DNA of 64,000 nucleotides, taken from NCBI RefSeq assembly GCF_032191835.1, contig NC_083227.1, forward strand, positions 39,246,001 through 39,310,000, given 5' to 3'. Position numbers and translations under genes: made by a program. Under the pieces are notes generated by a model, which saw nothing but the letters and a program-made list of their open reading frames with translations, made no database searches and was not told where the DNA came from. The stretch is from Heteronotia binoei (taxonomy: Eukaryota). Positions 35,412 to 48,230 of this stretch are shown here, piece after piece (position 1 is the stretch's first letter; the number at the start of each line of letters is the position of its first letter).

Positions 35412-36189
35412 ATACCCAGTGGGAGGAGCCTGCATGATGTTCCTGTGAAGAGACAACTGGAGCACATTTTCATGGGTAACGGGCCAGAGGGGGAAAGGTG
35501 CGGGCGAAGGTTTCCTGGCAGGCCCAGGAACAGAATAGCCAATCATGAGAGAGAAATTGTGTACACTGGCAGGAATAAAAGGTCTCTGGACAAGATAAGA
35601 GACTTTTGGCATTCTTTTCTACAAACAGAAAAGTATTTGGTGAGGGACAACATGCAGCTCAATGTCAGAACAACAGCTGAGCATGCAAAAAGGTACAGGT
35701 TAATCCCTGCCATTTCCAACTAAAAGCCTGTTTAGCTAGCCAGAGTCTTGAATCTCAAAATCCACTCGGAGGTTTGAACTGCTGCTGCTGCTACTACTTT
35801 AATTGATCACCCAACTTTCTCTCTGAAACTCAAAGTGGATTACAAAATATTCTAAAAACACTTCAGTCAAACTGCAAAGATCTGGAGCAAGCAAAACAAT
35901 GTCCTGGAGCCAGGACAGAAGAACTGGAAAATAATGCAAGCAATTTTTTGAAAAAGAAAAACTGTCTTAAGGCAGCAAAGCAATCAACACTGACAAATAT
36001 CTGTCTGAAGATACACATACCTTAATAAAGAAAGAGCAAAGAAAAAAAGATAATGCAGGAAAAAGATATTGCAGGAAAAGGGTGTTCGTGGCGATACATA
36101 CTGTAAACACAGCAACACTCTACAATAGTATCTGATATAGATGAAACTTCACATACTGTAAAACTATCCTTTGTAGAAGCAATCTCTTG

Positions 36190-36278
36190 AACATAACAAC
36201 ATAAGAACATAAGAGAAGCCATGTTAGATCAGGCCAATGGCCCATCCAGTCCAACATTCTGTGTCACACAGTGGCCAA

Positions 36279-36310
<32 letters not shown>

Positions 36311-36485
36311 TGAGGCTAATAGCCACTGATGGACCTCTGCTCCATATTTTTATCTAACCTCCTCTTGAAGGTGGCTATGCTTGTGGCCGCCACCACCTCC
36401 TGTGGCAGTGAATTCCACATGTTAATCACCCTTTGGGTGAAGAAGTACTTCCTTTTATCCGTTTTAACCTTTCTGCTCAGCAAAT
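36190..36485 (-). mobile_element. CR1 LINE 3' end
   Basis: aacataagaacataag tail repeat; reverse complement of 1-120; absent from paralogous spacers (~18165, ~49140). Confidence 0.75.
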
Positions 36486-36522
36486 TGAGCTGCGATCCAT
36501 TATACTGTCATTCTGATACTTT

Positions 36523-36798
36523 GGGGAGCCGGTTTGGTGTAGTGGTTAAGTGTGCAGACTCCTATCTGGGAGAACCGGATTCCCCGCTCCTCCACTTGCA
36601 CCTGCTAGCATGGCCTTGGGTCAGCCATAGCTCTGGCAGAGGTTGTCCTTGAAAGGGCAGCTGCTGTGAGAGCCTTCTCCATCCCCACCCACCTCACAAG
36701 GTGTCTGTTGTGGGGGAGGAAGGTAAAGGAGATTGTGAGCCGCTCTGAGACTCTTTGGAGTGGAGGGCGGGATATAAATCCAATATCTTCTTCTTCTT
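36523..36798 (+). mobile_element. Squam3-like SINE, full length
   Basis: Same head and body as 34041; ends aaatccaatatcttcttcttc. Confidence 0.8.
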
Positions 36799-39344
36799 TA
36801 TAAGAATTTCCTTCTGAACACTTCATTTTTACACAGTGTGGGAACCAAAGTAGTGTAGAAGCAGGAATCAGGGTGGAGGTAACGTTCTCTGCTAGAGGTT
36901 CAAGAAAATCAGAGAGTCAAGTAGATAGTATTAGTCTAAGTGGAGCAATTGAATAATAGAATTACAGAGTTGGAAGGGACCATACAGGCCACCTTGTCCA
37001 ACCCCATGCTCAATGCAGGATCATCCTGCAAAGTCCCAGACAAGACTTGGTATAAGGCAACCTCATGTGCTGGTTTATGCATGTAATTTAGGGGTGGACA
37101 GGGCTGTTACATGACATGGGAAATTTGTGATGATTCTCACACAGTGGGGAGGACATAAGATTCACAGTTCAAAGGCTGCTACCCACCAGGTGAGGTCTGA
37201 AGGTCTCTCAGAATTACAGCTGATTTCCAGACAAAAGAAATCAGTTCCCATTGAGAAAACAGCTGCTTTGGAGGTCGGACATTATACTCTGCTGAGATCC
37301 CTCCCCTCCAGTAAGAGCAACATTTGGCTTTTGGAGATGTTTATGTGTCCACTGATGATAAGAAAGTCCTGACACTAGAGGCAGGAAAAACCCAACCCAA
37401 ACCCCTTCCACTGGCTGTCAGGTTGACCAAACTCAGCTTCCCCAAAGTGATTGACCTTTTTGAGACCATAGTGGTCTACAGGAGGCTCTCCCAGTAATCA
37501 AAGTAACCAGATGTAGGCCCTTGTGGAAAACAGTTATGTTCCCACCCACCTCATCAGCTCCAGTTGTTGGTTTCATCTTCTTCTGGTACAGTCTGAGTCA
37601 TTCCAAGTCTCACAAGTTTTGGAGGCCACAAACAACATTTTTTCTAGCAGCTGAAGAATAAACTCTTATATGGACCATCACTTAGAATCCCTTCCACAGA
37701 TCCAGGCAAAGAGAGGTGTGACATGCTGAGGGATCTGAAGAAAACACATCCCTTCCAAGTGAAAGAGTGAAGTGAGTGGAATTAGAAAAGTTAAAAGATA
37801 TCATCTGCAAATAAGAGTTGGGAGCAGGGCTTCAAAATACACTTTCATTGCTGATCTGGATGGGTCTCTGGAAACATCTGTTCCTGAAAAGGCAGTTCTG
37901 TGAAACAAATTCCCAGATCAGCTGGCATTGGAGCAGAGTCTGTCAGTTGCCCACTATATGACCTTGGTGGCACTTGTAATGGTGAGCATTGTGGGGTCAT
38001 GTTCTGAAATAGGGTTTCAACTCCATGTGGTATGATATGTTGGATAAAACATGGGTGTGAAGTCACACGTTACTGGGTTTGGGGAACCCAGGATTCAAGT
38101 TTATTACGATGCTAGTGTCTGTAGATGCCATTTCAGAAGTCTAGGACAAAAAGAGCTCCTATAAAGGCCAACAAACGGCTAACCTTTCATATGCTGTAGC
38201 CTGCTGGTCTTTAAAGGGCTTGAAGATTTCCACCCCCCTCTCCTCTCAATATGACTTCTACATAAATGTTAGATAAAGAAAATATTCCTGTTAGTTGTCC
38301 AGTAGTTTTGTAATGAGATGATTGTCTCATATCCCATTTCAAGGACTGACACTCTCCCAGACTTACAATAGATCTTCAGCGGACAAAGACGAGTTATCCA
38401 GCAAAAAATGCTGCTTTGGAGGGTAGACTCAATGGCATTATATCCTGCTGGGGTTCCTCCCCTCCCTAAACCCCACCATCTCCATTCCCCACTCCTAAAT
38501 TTCCAGGGATTTCCAAATCTGGAGCTGGCAACCTTAGCTCTGAACTGCTTATTCTGTGAGTGTTATCCTCACTGGCCAAGCAGCATCAGAGACTTCAAAA
38601 GGGTCTGTAAGAGACAAATTCCGGCTAGGTAGCAACCCGTCTACAATAGTATAATAGGTATAAGTGACTTCTGTGTTTAACTTTGCGCAAGAAACTAGAC
38701 AGGAACTTTCAGCTACTTAAAGATCTTTATTTGGCAAGATAATAAAATATTGAAGCAAGAACAATTTTAAAATCACTGAAAGACTGCGTGCAAGGAAAAT
38801 CAACTCGCTGAACATCTCTCTAGCAAGACTGAATAAATGAGCTTTAAAGCTTATAAAATTTCAAATTATCTTAGAATGTTTTAAAAAGCTCAAGAAACCC
38901 AGTACAGAAACAAACTGAAATCTCATCTAAGTTCTTTGACACAATTCACAGAAACCTGAGTAACTCTTCCACGTGACACTTTGTATTGGGAAAGTGACAT
39001 CCATTATCTTCATCATGTGATGACGCTATGGATAAGTGATTGGTTCTCAATAGGATTCAATAACAAGTCAATCATATGCATATGGGCTAAGATTATATCT
39101 GATAATGCTTATTGACTGCTCCAATAAGATTACAAAGGCTATAGCTGGCACTTGACTACTGATTAAAAGACGAGAATTCTTCTTTCTTCAACTTCATCAA
39201 TTGGCTGGCAAAGATAAAAGGTCCTGATCTTTTCCCAACTTGTTGTTGAACTCTCTACAAAGGGTGTGAAAAGTACAGAAGAACATTAATGTAGCATGTG
39301 TATCATGACATCCTAACCCAGACGACCCAGGCTACACTTATCTT

Positions 39345-39614
39345 GAGCGATTTCTCACTAGGCTTGTTCCAGCATTGGAGCTCTTTCCTCCCCCCCCCCG
39401 ACACTTCCCTTAAATTTCACACAAGCTGCCCCAGGATTGTGACTTGCCTTGCCTCTTTCCCATTGCAAGGAAGATTCTCTAAAAACTGGTTTCTGCTTGC
39501 CACAGGAAAGAGGCCATGCAAGTCACAGCTCCACTGCAGCTTGTGCGATATCGGAGGGAAGCGTTGGGGGAAAAAGAACTTTGATGCCGGAACTAGCCTA
39601 GTGGTGAATCGGTC
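39345..39614. mobile_element. PIF/Harbinger-like MITE inside a 5S-derived SINE
   Basis: TIRs gagcgatttctcactaggcttgttccagcat / atgccggaactagcctagtggtgaatcggtc; 3-bp TSD CTT; absent at 19470 and 53645. Confidence 0.65.
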
Positions 39615-40009
39615 CTTGTCAGATCTCAGAATCTAAGCAGAGTCATCCCTGATCAGTATGTGGATGGGAGACCACCAAGGAAGTCCAGGATTTGCTACAC
39701 AGAGAAAGGCAGTGGCAAACTAGCTCTCAGAATCTTCAGCCACCAAAATGCCTTGGGATAGCCATAAATTGTCTGCAAGTTGATGGTATTTCCCACCAGT
39801 TATCCAGTTGCTAAAGGCAAATCCTCTTTATGTACAAATGTTTAAGGCCCATCTTTCTCTAATAAGGAACATGCGGCTTTAGTTCTTCTCATGTTCAAGG
39901 CACACCTCAGGCTGGTTTTAAGTTTGCCTTGTAGGATAACTTCCCAGGGGGAATGACTGTGGCTCAATGGCAGAAGATCTTCTTGGAATACAGAAGGTCC
40001 CAGGGGGAC

Positions 40010-40460
40010 AGGAGGTCACCTAGGTACTCCCTGGTACGTGGGGTTACTCAGGCGCAATCCTCTTTCCAATATTATTCATCATATATATGTGTGCCCCCTT
40101 GCCCAACTGTTGTGGAGACTTGGGCTGAGATGCCACCAATATATTGATGGCACCCAGCTCTATCTTTTAATGGGTGGTTGGTTGGATACCACTCCAGTAA
40201 ATATAGTGGAGTGTCGGAGGCTGTGGTGGGATGGCTGAAACAGAGCTTGCTGAAACTAAATCCTTTTAAGACTGAGGACCTGGGTGTGATTCTGGATGCC
40301 TCCCTAACAATGGAGGCTCAGGTCACTAATGTAACCAGACTGGCATTCTTCCAACTGTGCCAGGTCAGGTAAATGGCCCCCTAATTGTCTCGCCCTGATC
40401 TAGGAACAGTAATCCATGCAAATTGTCTTCTCAACGCTGGGCTACTGTAACTCGTTCTAC
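40010..40460 (+). mobile_element. Old L2 LINE RT fragment
   Basis: Degenerate GVxQG/SP, DDTQLY and LGVILDASLTMEAQV motifs; paralogous to 54330-54760. Confidence 0.7.
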
Positions 40461-42687
40461 ATGGATGGTCTAAAATAAAATTTAACAAAATAAAAAAAAT
40501 AATAAGGTGGGGTCTCGAGCTCTCCTGGAAATACAACTGGTCTTCAGACTACAGAGATCAGTTCCCCTGGAGAAAATGGCAGCTTCAAAGACTGGACTCT
40601 ATGATTTTGCATTCCTGCTGAACTGTCTCCCCTGCCCCCCCCCTTATTTTTAAAAGCAATATCACAAGTTGGAGATGGCAATCGTAGCTGTGCTAAATTG
40701 CCCTCTGATATGATTTAAAATAATAGACAAACTGGGATTCCAATCCAGGATTAAACTGTGGTTAACCCCAGTTTGTTGAAACACTCTGATTTAGATGTCA
40801 CAACAGAGAGTGGTTAAAACTAGGGATTTCCTCAGACAGGAAGTCCTCATTTTTAGTTCCTCAGGCTTGTTCTCAGCAATACCCAAGGTGTGTTGACAGT
40901 CTCCAAACCAAATCAAAGGCTAAATGTGCACAAATGAAAGGAACATTGAAGCAGGAGAGCTCAGGAGACTACCTTAATTTAGTCAAATGAACCTAGATTT
41001 GATTGTGCCTGAGAAGAAGGTGAGAGGAAGCTGGGTATTGGATTTTATGTTTTAAAATCAGTCAACAGAAACTAGTATAATCTACTCAGAGTTTACATGA
41101 AAGAATGAAGGTATAAACTAATATATCCTCTGCTGTCTACCCTCCCTTTAGCTTTCTTTCTTCCAGTTAATATGATCCCCTTTCATACATTCATACGTAC
41201 TTTTTTAAATTCACAGTTCTGAATTAGACCAGATAACCCAGAAACAAATGTGTTATCATGTTACCACTCAAACTAGGGTTGCCTGGTACCGTCTGGTCAC
41301 TGGTGAGGGCTGCGGGGAGGGGGGAAGGGGGGGTAGGAGTGCCAAATCCAGGAGTGGAAACTCAAGAAGATTTGTGGATGGAGCTTGAGAGGTGGGACAG
41401 GGACCTCAATGGGGTGCAATGTCATAGACTCCACCATCCAAAACATCCATTTCCTACTTGGGAACTGTTGTCTGGAGATGAGCTATAATTCCAGGGGATC
41501 CCCATGTCCCACCTGGAGGCTGGAATCCCTTAACCATACTGATATTATTACTTTCTAGACAACATGACTGACCAACCTTAGTAAAGATGAGGCAGTAGAT
41601 TTTTATTTAAGATATTTATAGTCTTTTCTTGTGGGCATCTGAAATCTCAAATTAGTAAATGCAGTGCAACAACAATTTGATAAACATTAAGACAACATTT
41701 TAAAAAACCAATAACAGGGTTTTCTCCCATTGCCTAGGTTCTGACTGCCCCAAAACCTTTCTGAAATAGCTCTTTGTGGAGAAAGCCAACAAGAAAGGAC
41801 GTGAACGGCTGTCTGTCCCAGAGGCAGCTTCTGAAAATATCTGAGCCTGGACTATAGCCAAACATGCTTTGTGAGGGAACAAAGCATTGCTATAGTGCAA
41901 GAACTGTTAAATTCTCATACCTAGCCTGTGAATGAGATTTGTTTTCATCCTCATTTTTGAAAGCTGTTTACATTCCCAAGATGACTAGAGTCACTGGGAG
42001 ATTTTTGAAGCTAATCTAAAGTCAGCCACTCCAGTGTACTATTGACAGATACCAGAGTGTAGCTAATGAATCTTCTGTGCTGTCTTCAGAGGAAAATATG
42101 TTTTTTTAAATGGATCTAACCCCAAGTACCTAGGAGTCTGAGATGCTAATTCCTTGCTCTGTCATGGAAGCATGAAGGATGACCTTGGTCTAGTCTCACT
42201 TTCTGAGCCTAACCTATCTTATAGGTTTGTTGTGAGGGGTAAAATGGAGGAGAAAACAATCTAAGCCACTTTGGGTCTCCTTTGGAGAGAATGGTAGTGT
42301 AGAAATAATAAATGTTTTAAAATCATCTAGGACCACTGTGGGAGGCTGTCACAAGTGGAAACCCATGAGCTGTACCAGATAAGAGCTGTAGCCTCACTGG
42401 GGGAATGGTGCCTATGTGGAGATGGAATGTTTTGCATGGCAAAGGGAATCAAGATTAGTCCTGCACTTTCCTCTGACAGGCCTCTAGTACTGACTGATTT
42501 TGGTGCAGGAATTAAAACAGAGAGGCTCAGTTGCTATCCTGACCAGTCCCAGACTAGCCTTAGCACTGTGCTACCATCTAGGGTGACCAAAATTCCAACT
42601 AAACACAAGTTATGGAGGAATGTCTAGCTCAGAGAGTGGATTTGGGCTTCTCCTCCTTCTTTCAGGGCCTCAACTCACTTGGCCTCT

Positions 42688-42844
42688 CTATGCCTCTGAT
42701 AAGCGCTCCTTCCAAAACCTGCAGAGTTGAGCTGGTGAGGGCTTCATGACTTGAGGTGGCTCTGTGCTGATGCGAAAGAAGTTTTGCTTTGCAGGGTTGT
42801 AGAGCGGCCATTTTGTCTCACCAACATCTGAAGGGGTGGGATTG
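42688..42844 (-). CDS. Copy D exon 3 (terminal coding exon)
   Basis: NPTPSDVGETKWPLYNPAKQNFFRISTEPPQVMKPSPAQLCRFWKERLSEA then TAG; donor 9 nt later. Confidence 0.88.
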
Positions 42845-43867
42845 CTGAACAGGAGGCAAAAACATCATGATTCACAAATCCAGAGAAGCAGCTAGTTCTC
42901 TGTGGATTACAGGATTAAAAAAACCCTAAAACCAGTAAAATGCATACTTTGGTAAGGTCCCTACTACATTAATTGAATCTGGAAAACCCTACATCCCTGT
43001 CAACATTTATCTAAGAATTTGCGTGTTATTAGTGGCACTACAAACGAATATATCTGCTATTTAATATCCTTCACCAAGGTGGTGACTCAGGTGACCATGT
43101 CTTCTGAAATTGCATAGGCAATAACCAAAGCAAGGGGTCTTTTCTATGGGGAAGCCCCAGTTTTGGAATATGTGCCAGATACTTGCTTCAATATCCTCTG
43201 GGTGCCAATTCCAGCCAATTCTATTTCCCCAAGTTTTTAATGAGAAACTTGCTGTTTGCCGTAATGTGATTTTAAAAACTTTCTGATTTCTTGTTATTTC
43301 ATCCCTCTTAGTAAGAACTGCTTTTATATTTTCACTAGTTACCTTGGAGGCAGAATTTATTGCCCACAAGAAGGGCATAAAAGTCAGCACAGTGTACTGG
43401 TTAGAATATTGGATCCAGGAAATCCATGTTCAAACCCTCATTCTTGCATGAGATTTGCTTGGGTGACCTTTGGGCCATATTCCTCCCCCTCTGCCTACCT
43501 ACCTCACAGGGTTGTTAAAAGATTAAAATTGTCAAAGAGGGAACACTGTACTTTGACTTTAGCCCCTTGGAGGAAGGGTGGAATGCAAATGTACTAAGTA
43601 ATAATAAGAAATATCCCAAATAAACAAATTCATTGAACTTTATATCATCTATCTATTTATCTGTTCATTGCATTATATATTATATGCAACTATATATATA
43701 TAGTTGAAGCTGTGTCTAATTAACATATACGTTTTGCCTCCCACAGGTATTTAAAGTGGATGCCAGTTCCTAACATGTCTTGTGATAGAGAAACCTTAGG
43801 GAAGTGCTACTTTCTGTATTTTTGGAGCCAGCGATTGAGAATGTCCATATATAAACAGTTCTCTTAC

Positions 43868-45351
43868 CTGCTTCTGGCAAACTCCGCCCAGTATCGCATC
43901 ACTCGGGGGATTAGCTCTAACTCTGCCTCTGTGTGAGTGGCACTGGTTCCTGGTAATAACGTCAGTGTCCCAAAAACGTATGGGAGCTCAGATCCATGGT
44001 CTGACCCCATCCACTCGGGCCAGACGGAGCCAATGCTACGATGAGTGAAAGTGTAAGCATACACAGGGCTTCCAGTCTTTGCAGTTTCTGTGGCAATTTC
44101 GTTTGCTGGACATACAAAGAAGTAATCACCCCAGGCGTGGGCCAAGGCAGAACGATAATGTGCTGGACCTTTTGGTTCTGATTCATTGTACCTCCAAGCA
44201 ATGGATTGGATGAAGTCTTCTGTTGCATTGCGTATGCTTATGTTCAGCCCTTCCAAGAACTGCTCCCAGGTCAAAAGGGTTCCATTGAAGTAAGGAGCAA
44301 CATGGTAGATGAACACAGACCCTTCATCAGAGGTGGTACCGATCATAATAGGCTTAGACTGAAAGTGTCCGGAGTCCACAAGTTTCTGGGGGTCATCAGG
44401 AAGGAAATCTCTATCTGTAGTTGGTACGAAGGGAATGTTCAAAACAGTATTGGGGTCCACCACAAAAAATGCATATATTGGAAATTCTTCCATTTTCTTT
44501 TCCTGCAAGCAACTCACTATGGCACTCACCTCACCTTCTGTACAGCCCATGAGCTTAGCCAGGGCCAAGGCTCTCCTATTTGCCTCCTCAGGACTCACCC
44601 AAGCCCAGGGTGCAATGGCTGTCCCACTCTCCACCACAGTACGGTCAAATAGATGCTGACTCCCTGGTGAGAGGAGGTGATAGCTGACAGACGCTCCTCC
44701 AGAACTCTGGCCAAAAATGGTTATCTGAAATGGGGCTCCTCCAAAAACAGCTGCGTTCTCCCTCACCCATCTTAGGGCCAACTGCTGGTCGAACAGGCCT
44801 ATGTTCCCTGGGGCAGCTGGTGGTAATGAAAGGAAGCCTAGAGCTCCCAGACGATAATTCATAGAAACCACAATGACATTCTCGGTAGCAGCTAAGAATG
44901 CCCCATCATATATGGCCAGGGAAGCTGTGCCAGTAAAAAATCCCCCACCATGGATCCAGACAAGGACTGCAGCAGGTGTGGAGGGCCGCGGATAGGGCAC
45001 CCAGACATTGAGGAAGAGACAGTCCTCTGAAAGGGGTGTGTTGGCATTGAATATGGCAGCATCAGGAGTGCCATTAACAACTACTTGTGGGCACGAATTT
45101 CCAAAGTTGGTGGCTTCCAGGATATGGCTCCATGGCTTATGGGGAAGAGGCTTCTGGAAACGCAATTTCCCCACAGGGGGTTCTGCATAGGGGATGCCCA
45201 GATAGGCTGTAACATTTCTTGAGCCAGCTGAGAGATGCTTTCCCTGGATAGGGCCACTGCTGGTGACTACTGTAGTCTCATTTTCAGCAGAAGTCTTGGG
45301 TTCCAGAAGGGAGAGGAGCAGGAAGGTCAACCAAAGGAAGAGTCTAGTCAT
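43868..45351 (-). CDS. Cholinesterase-like carboxylesterase copy D, large coding exon (546-aa protein with exon 3)
   Basis: Acceptor +8 nt ATG; GGGF, GQSSG, DEG, HGSE; donor ag|GTAAG. Confidence 0.93.
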
Positions 45352-47058
45352 TGCAGCACCTGAAAGGGAAGGATCCCAAAGTAGTTACCCCCGCTCAAAA
45401 TGAAAAAAGAAAAGAAAGAAAAAATGAAACAGGTCATTTCCCCTTCTTAACTCTCTCCTTGTTTCTGAGGGCCTGATATCATGACTCTGAGGAACAAGAA
45501 GACCAATATGATAAGTACAGTCAACTTGGTGAACATTCAAGGTGCTGGTAGAATTTATTTAATAATAATAACAATAATAATAATTTTTAATTTATATCCC
45601 GCCTTCCCCGCCAAAGCAGGCTCAGGGCGGCTGAGGAGATTTCAATGTTTCCTCTGCAGAGTCCTGGTCAAGATGGTTTCCATTTAGAACTGATAGGTAT
45701 TGGCATCCAGATCCCCTTGGTCTCGGAAAAGAAAACCCAGGAGGCACACAGAAATACTGTGAAATACAGTGTTCTGCAGGAGCAAAAATCCTCTTCTCAC
45801 AAACAAGGACAAAAAACTCCCCATGATGTCAATGTTGTGAGTACAAAGTCCCATAGAATTGAGTTTTCACTTCAGCCAGCAACACATTTAAATCAGGACC
45901 TAGGTCTGGTGTATGCCTATTAAGCGCTTTCAAGTCACTTCTGATTTATGGCATCTCTATGAACTGATCTCCAAAACACTCTCTTATTATTAGCCTTGCT
46001 TGGGACCTGCAAACTGAGGGCTGTGGATTCCCTGATCAAGTCATTTTCCCCCTGCTTTGCATTTTTCCTAGCATTATTGCTTTTTCCAGTGACTCTTCTC
46101 TTCTCATACTGTGACCCAAGTACAATAGTCTGGTCTGGTCTGGTCTATACTCTCCACAGAATGGAGAGGTAGAAAACAAAGGGGCTAAGACTGACTGTAC
46201 CACTTCAGAATCTAAGGTTGGGGTCCCCCCCAGTTTTATTTTTTTCAGTATTTCAGATATGAAACATGTAGAGGTCTTAGCAGGGGTCATTTTGTAGAAA
46301 AGGAGGTGCCAAATCTCATTAGCAAAACTCACGTGCATACACCACACACCTCTGACATCACCATATGGTGTGCTAAATTATATTGGCTCAGCATCTACCT
46401 TAAAATGCTTTTTGAATTATAATTGTCATAATAAAACCTTAACTCCCATCATTACTTTCTCCTATGTGGCCACAGTGGCATGATGAAGATTTCCATCTGC
46501 TTGCTATCTATGTTTTGGTTATTTCCCCATTTTTTGTGGGGAAAATATTAGAAAGTTTGTCAAATCTTAGAGTTTAGTAAAATTCTCACAGGTGGTTTGA
46601 GCAATGGAGCCCAGAAGCAACTGAAAGAACAAGGTTTGACACCAGTGGCCAACAAAAGTTTATTCAAGGTATGAGCTTTTGTGTGCAGTTCCAGTTCCTT
46701 AGATCCATAGAAATGGAAGTTAATGTTTTATATGTATAGACAGATGTCTCTACGTAGGTGAAGAGCAAATTAGCATACAATTTATTGAAGCTGTTTTGCC
46801 ATATGTAAAAACTAAATAGCAGTCTTTGCATGCCATAGCTTCCAAAGGGAGATGAGATGCAACAGCTTTTCTCTCTTCCTCCCCTTTTTCTGGGCAAAAG
46901 CTCTGCTTGGTGCAAAGTAAGCATTCATGTTACCAATCCTCCTTTTCGTCTGCCGCCTGGGGGAAGTGTGAGGGGGCATCTGATGGGGTATACAGTCTTG
47001 CAATCATTGTAACATACAAGTGAAGGTGGGGAGGTATATTTCCCTTCTAGGGTATAAT

Positions 47059-47594
47059 TGTCACATTCTCAGGGTGCAGGCAGGCAGAAGTCCAAAGCCA
47101 GCCCAAGGTCAAAGTCCAGGAAGTCAAGCGGGAGCCAAGTCACCAATGCAGAATCACAAACCGGAATCAGAAGTCAATGTCCAAAAGCCAAAAGGTGCCA
47201 AGGAAATCAAGCAGGTCAGGATCAGGAAAGAGCGTGGATGCAAGCCAGAGAATAGACTTGTTGCTTCCACAAGGTCACCAGGTCCTGGGTGGGAGCTATA
47301 AGGGAGTCTCAGTCAGCCTGCACCCTGGGTGGCAGTGACTGTTAGAACTCAGGGCTGAGAGATCTGAAGCATCGGCGTGCCTCATGTCTTCACTCTGAAA
47401 GTTCTTTACGGAGCCTGCTTCGAACTCTTGAGATGGGAGGAGGAGAGCTTGGAGGAGATTGATCATCAACAGCTGACACTGGTGCCTGGAGAGTGATTGA
47501 TGGGCCAGCTGCTGTTTGTTCAGCTGAGGAACTGGCTGGCAACTCTTCCAGGTCTGTTAACCCTTCCAGCTCCTCCTCGTCAGGGCTCATGACG
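47059..47594 (-). mobile_element. Solo LTR of a Gypsy family related to the 3171-8670 element
   Basis: Minus strand cGTCATG...GTGACA; TATA followed by GTGGAAGCAAC as in the intact element; empty site gtataatggcagc at ~56800; flanks ataat / ccaat. Confidence 0.82.
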
Positions 47595-48095
47595 CCAATG
47601 GCAGCAAGAGACTGTATTACTGACATTTATGATGTGAGTTTGCTGTTATAAATGACAGAAGACAGTTTCAACATGACACCTGCTGTCCTATATGAAGCAC
47701 TGTGCCTGGTGGCTTCCAGAATCAGAGCACTGACAAGAGAAGTGGGACGGAACATTGGAGAGGAGTTTGAAATCCCGAATGGAAAATTCTACAATTAAGA
47801 CTTTGATTTGGATCTGGATAAAGGTCCAGGCCAAAACTAGTTTTGAGAACAGTGGGGCAACAGCAGGGTGAAAGCAGTGGTGGTATAGAATCACATGCAA
47901 CAAATGTAGATGTTAGTAGAAACTGTGAGACAAGACAGAACTGAAGTCGATGAGTAATGTAGAAGGTCGCATTGGGATGCACACAGAGAATCAAATGGCT
48001 TGTGTAGAAAGGGCCTATGTCTCCCTGACAAGAATCCCTCCCTCTTCTTTTCCCTATCACCCCATACAAACAGCCATTTGAGACAGCACACTCAC

Positions 48096-48230
48096 CTTTT
48101 TCTTGCCCCCTCCAGCAATAGTTTCAGTTCAGCTCTCTATGTATCAGTTCACTTCTCTGGAACATGTGGAGGAAGCAAGAAATTGGCATTATTTATCTTA
48201 AATGAAATTACTCAACAGCCTTTGCCATAC
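48096..48230 (-). promoter_or_regulatory. Putative non-coding exon 1 and promoter of copy D
   Basis: GTGAGT donor at 48090-48095 and the same motif block as A and C. Confidence 0.6.

Noticed and set aside
42330-42490. Candidate coding exon 4 on the minus strand (cag|aggaaagtgc...)
   Set aside because: Weak polypyrimidine tract, no WAT similarity, frame not conserved in B, and C/D already stop upstream.
9234-45190. Recurrent plus-strand and alternate-frame ORFs over the esterase exons (e.g. 9268-9519, 32309-32755, 44206-44652)
   Set aside because: They recur only because the exons are paralogous; their starts and stops are not conserved.
9140-45351. Calling these genes BCHE or ACHE, or a venom acetylcholinesterase
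   Set aside because: The exon layout is BCHE-like, but W82 and D70 are lost, E197 varies, and there is no synteny evidence in the window. Nothing in the sequence indicates venom expression.
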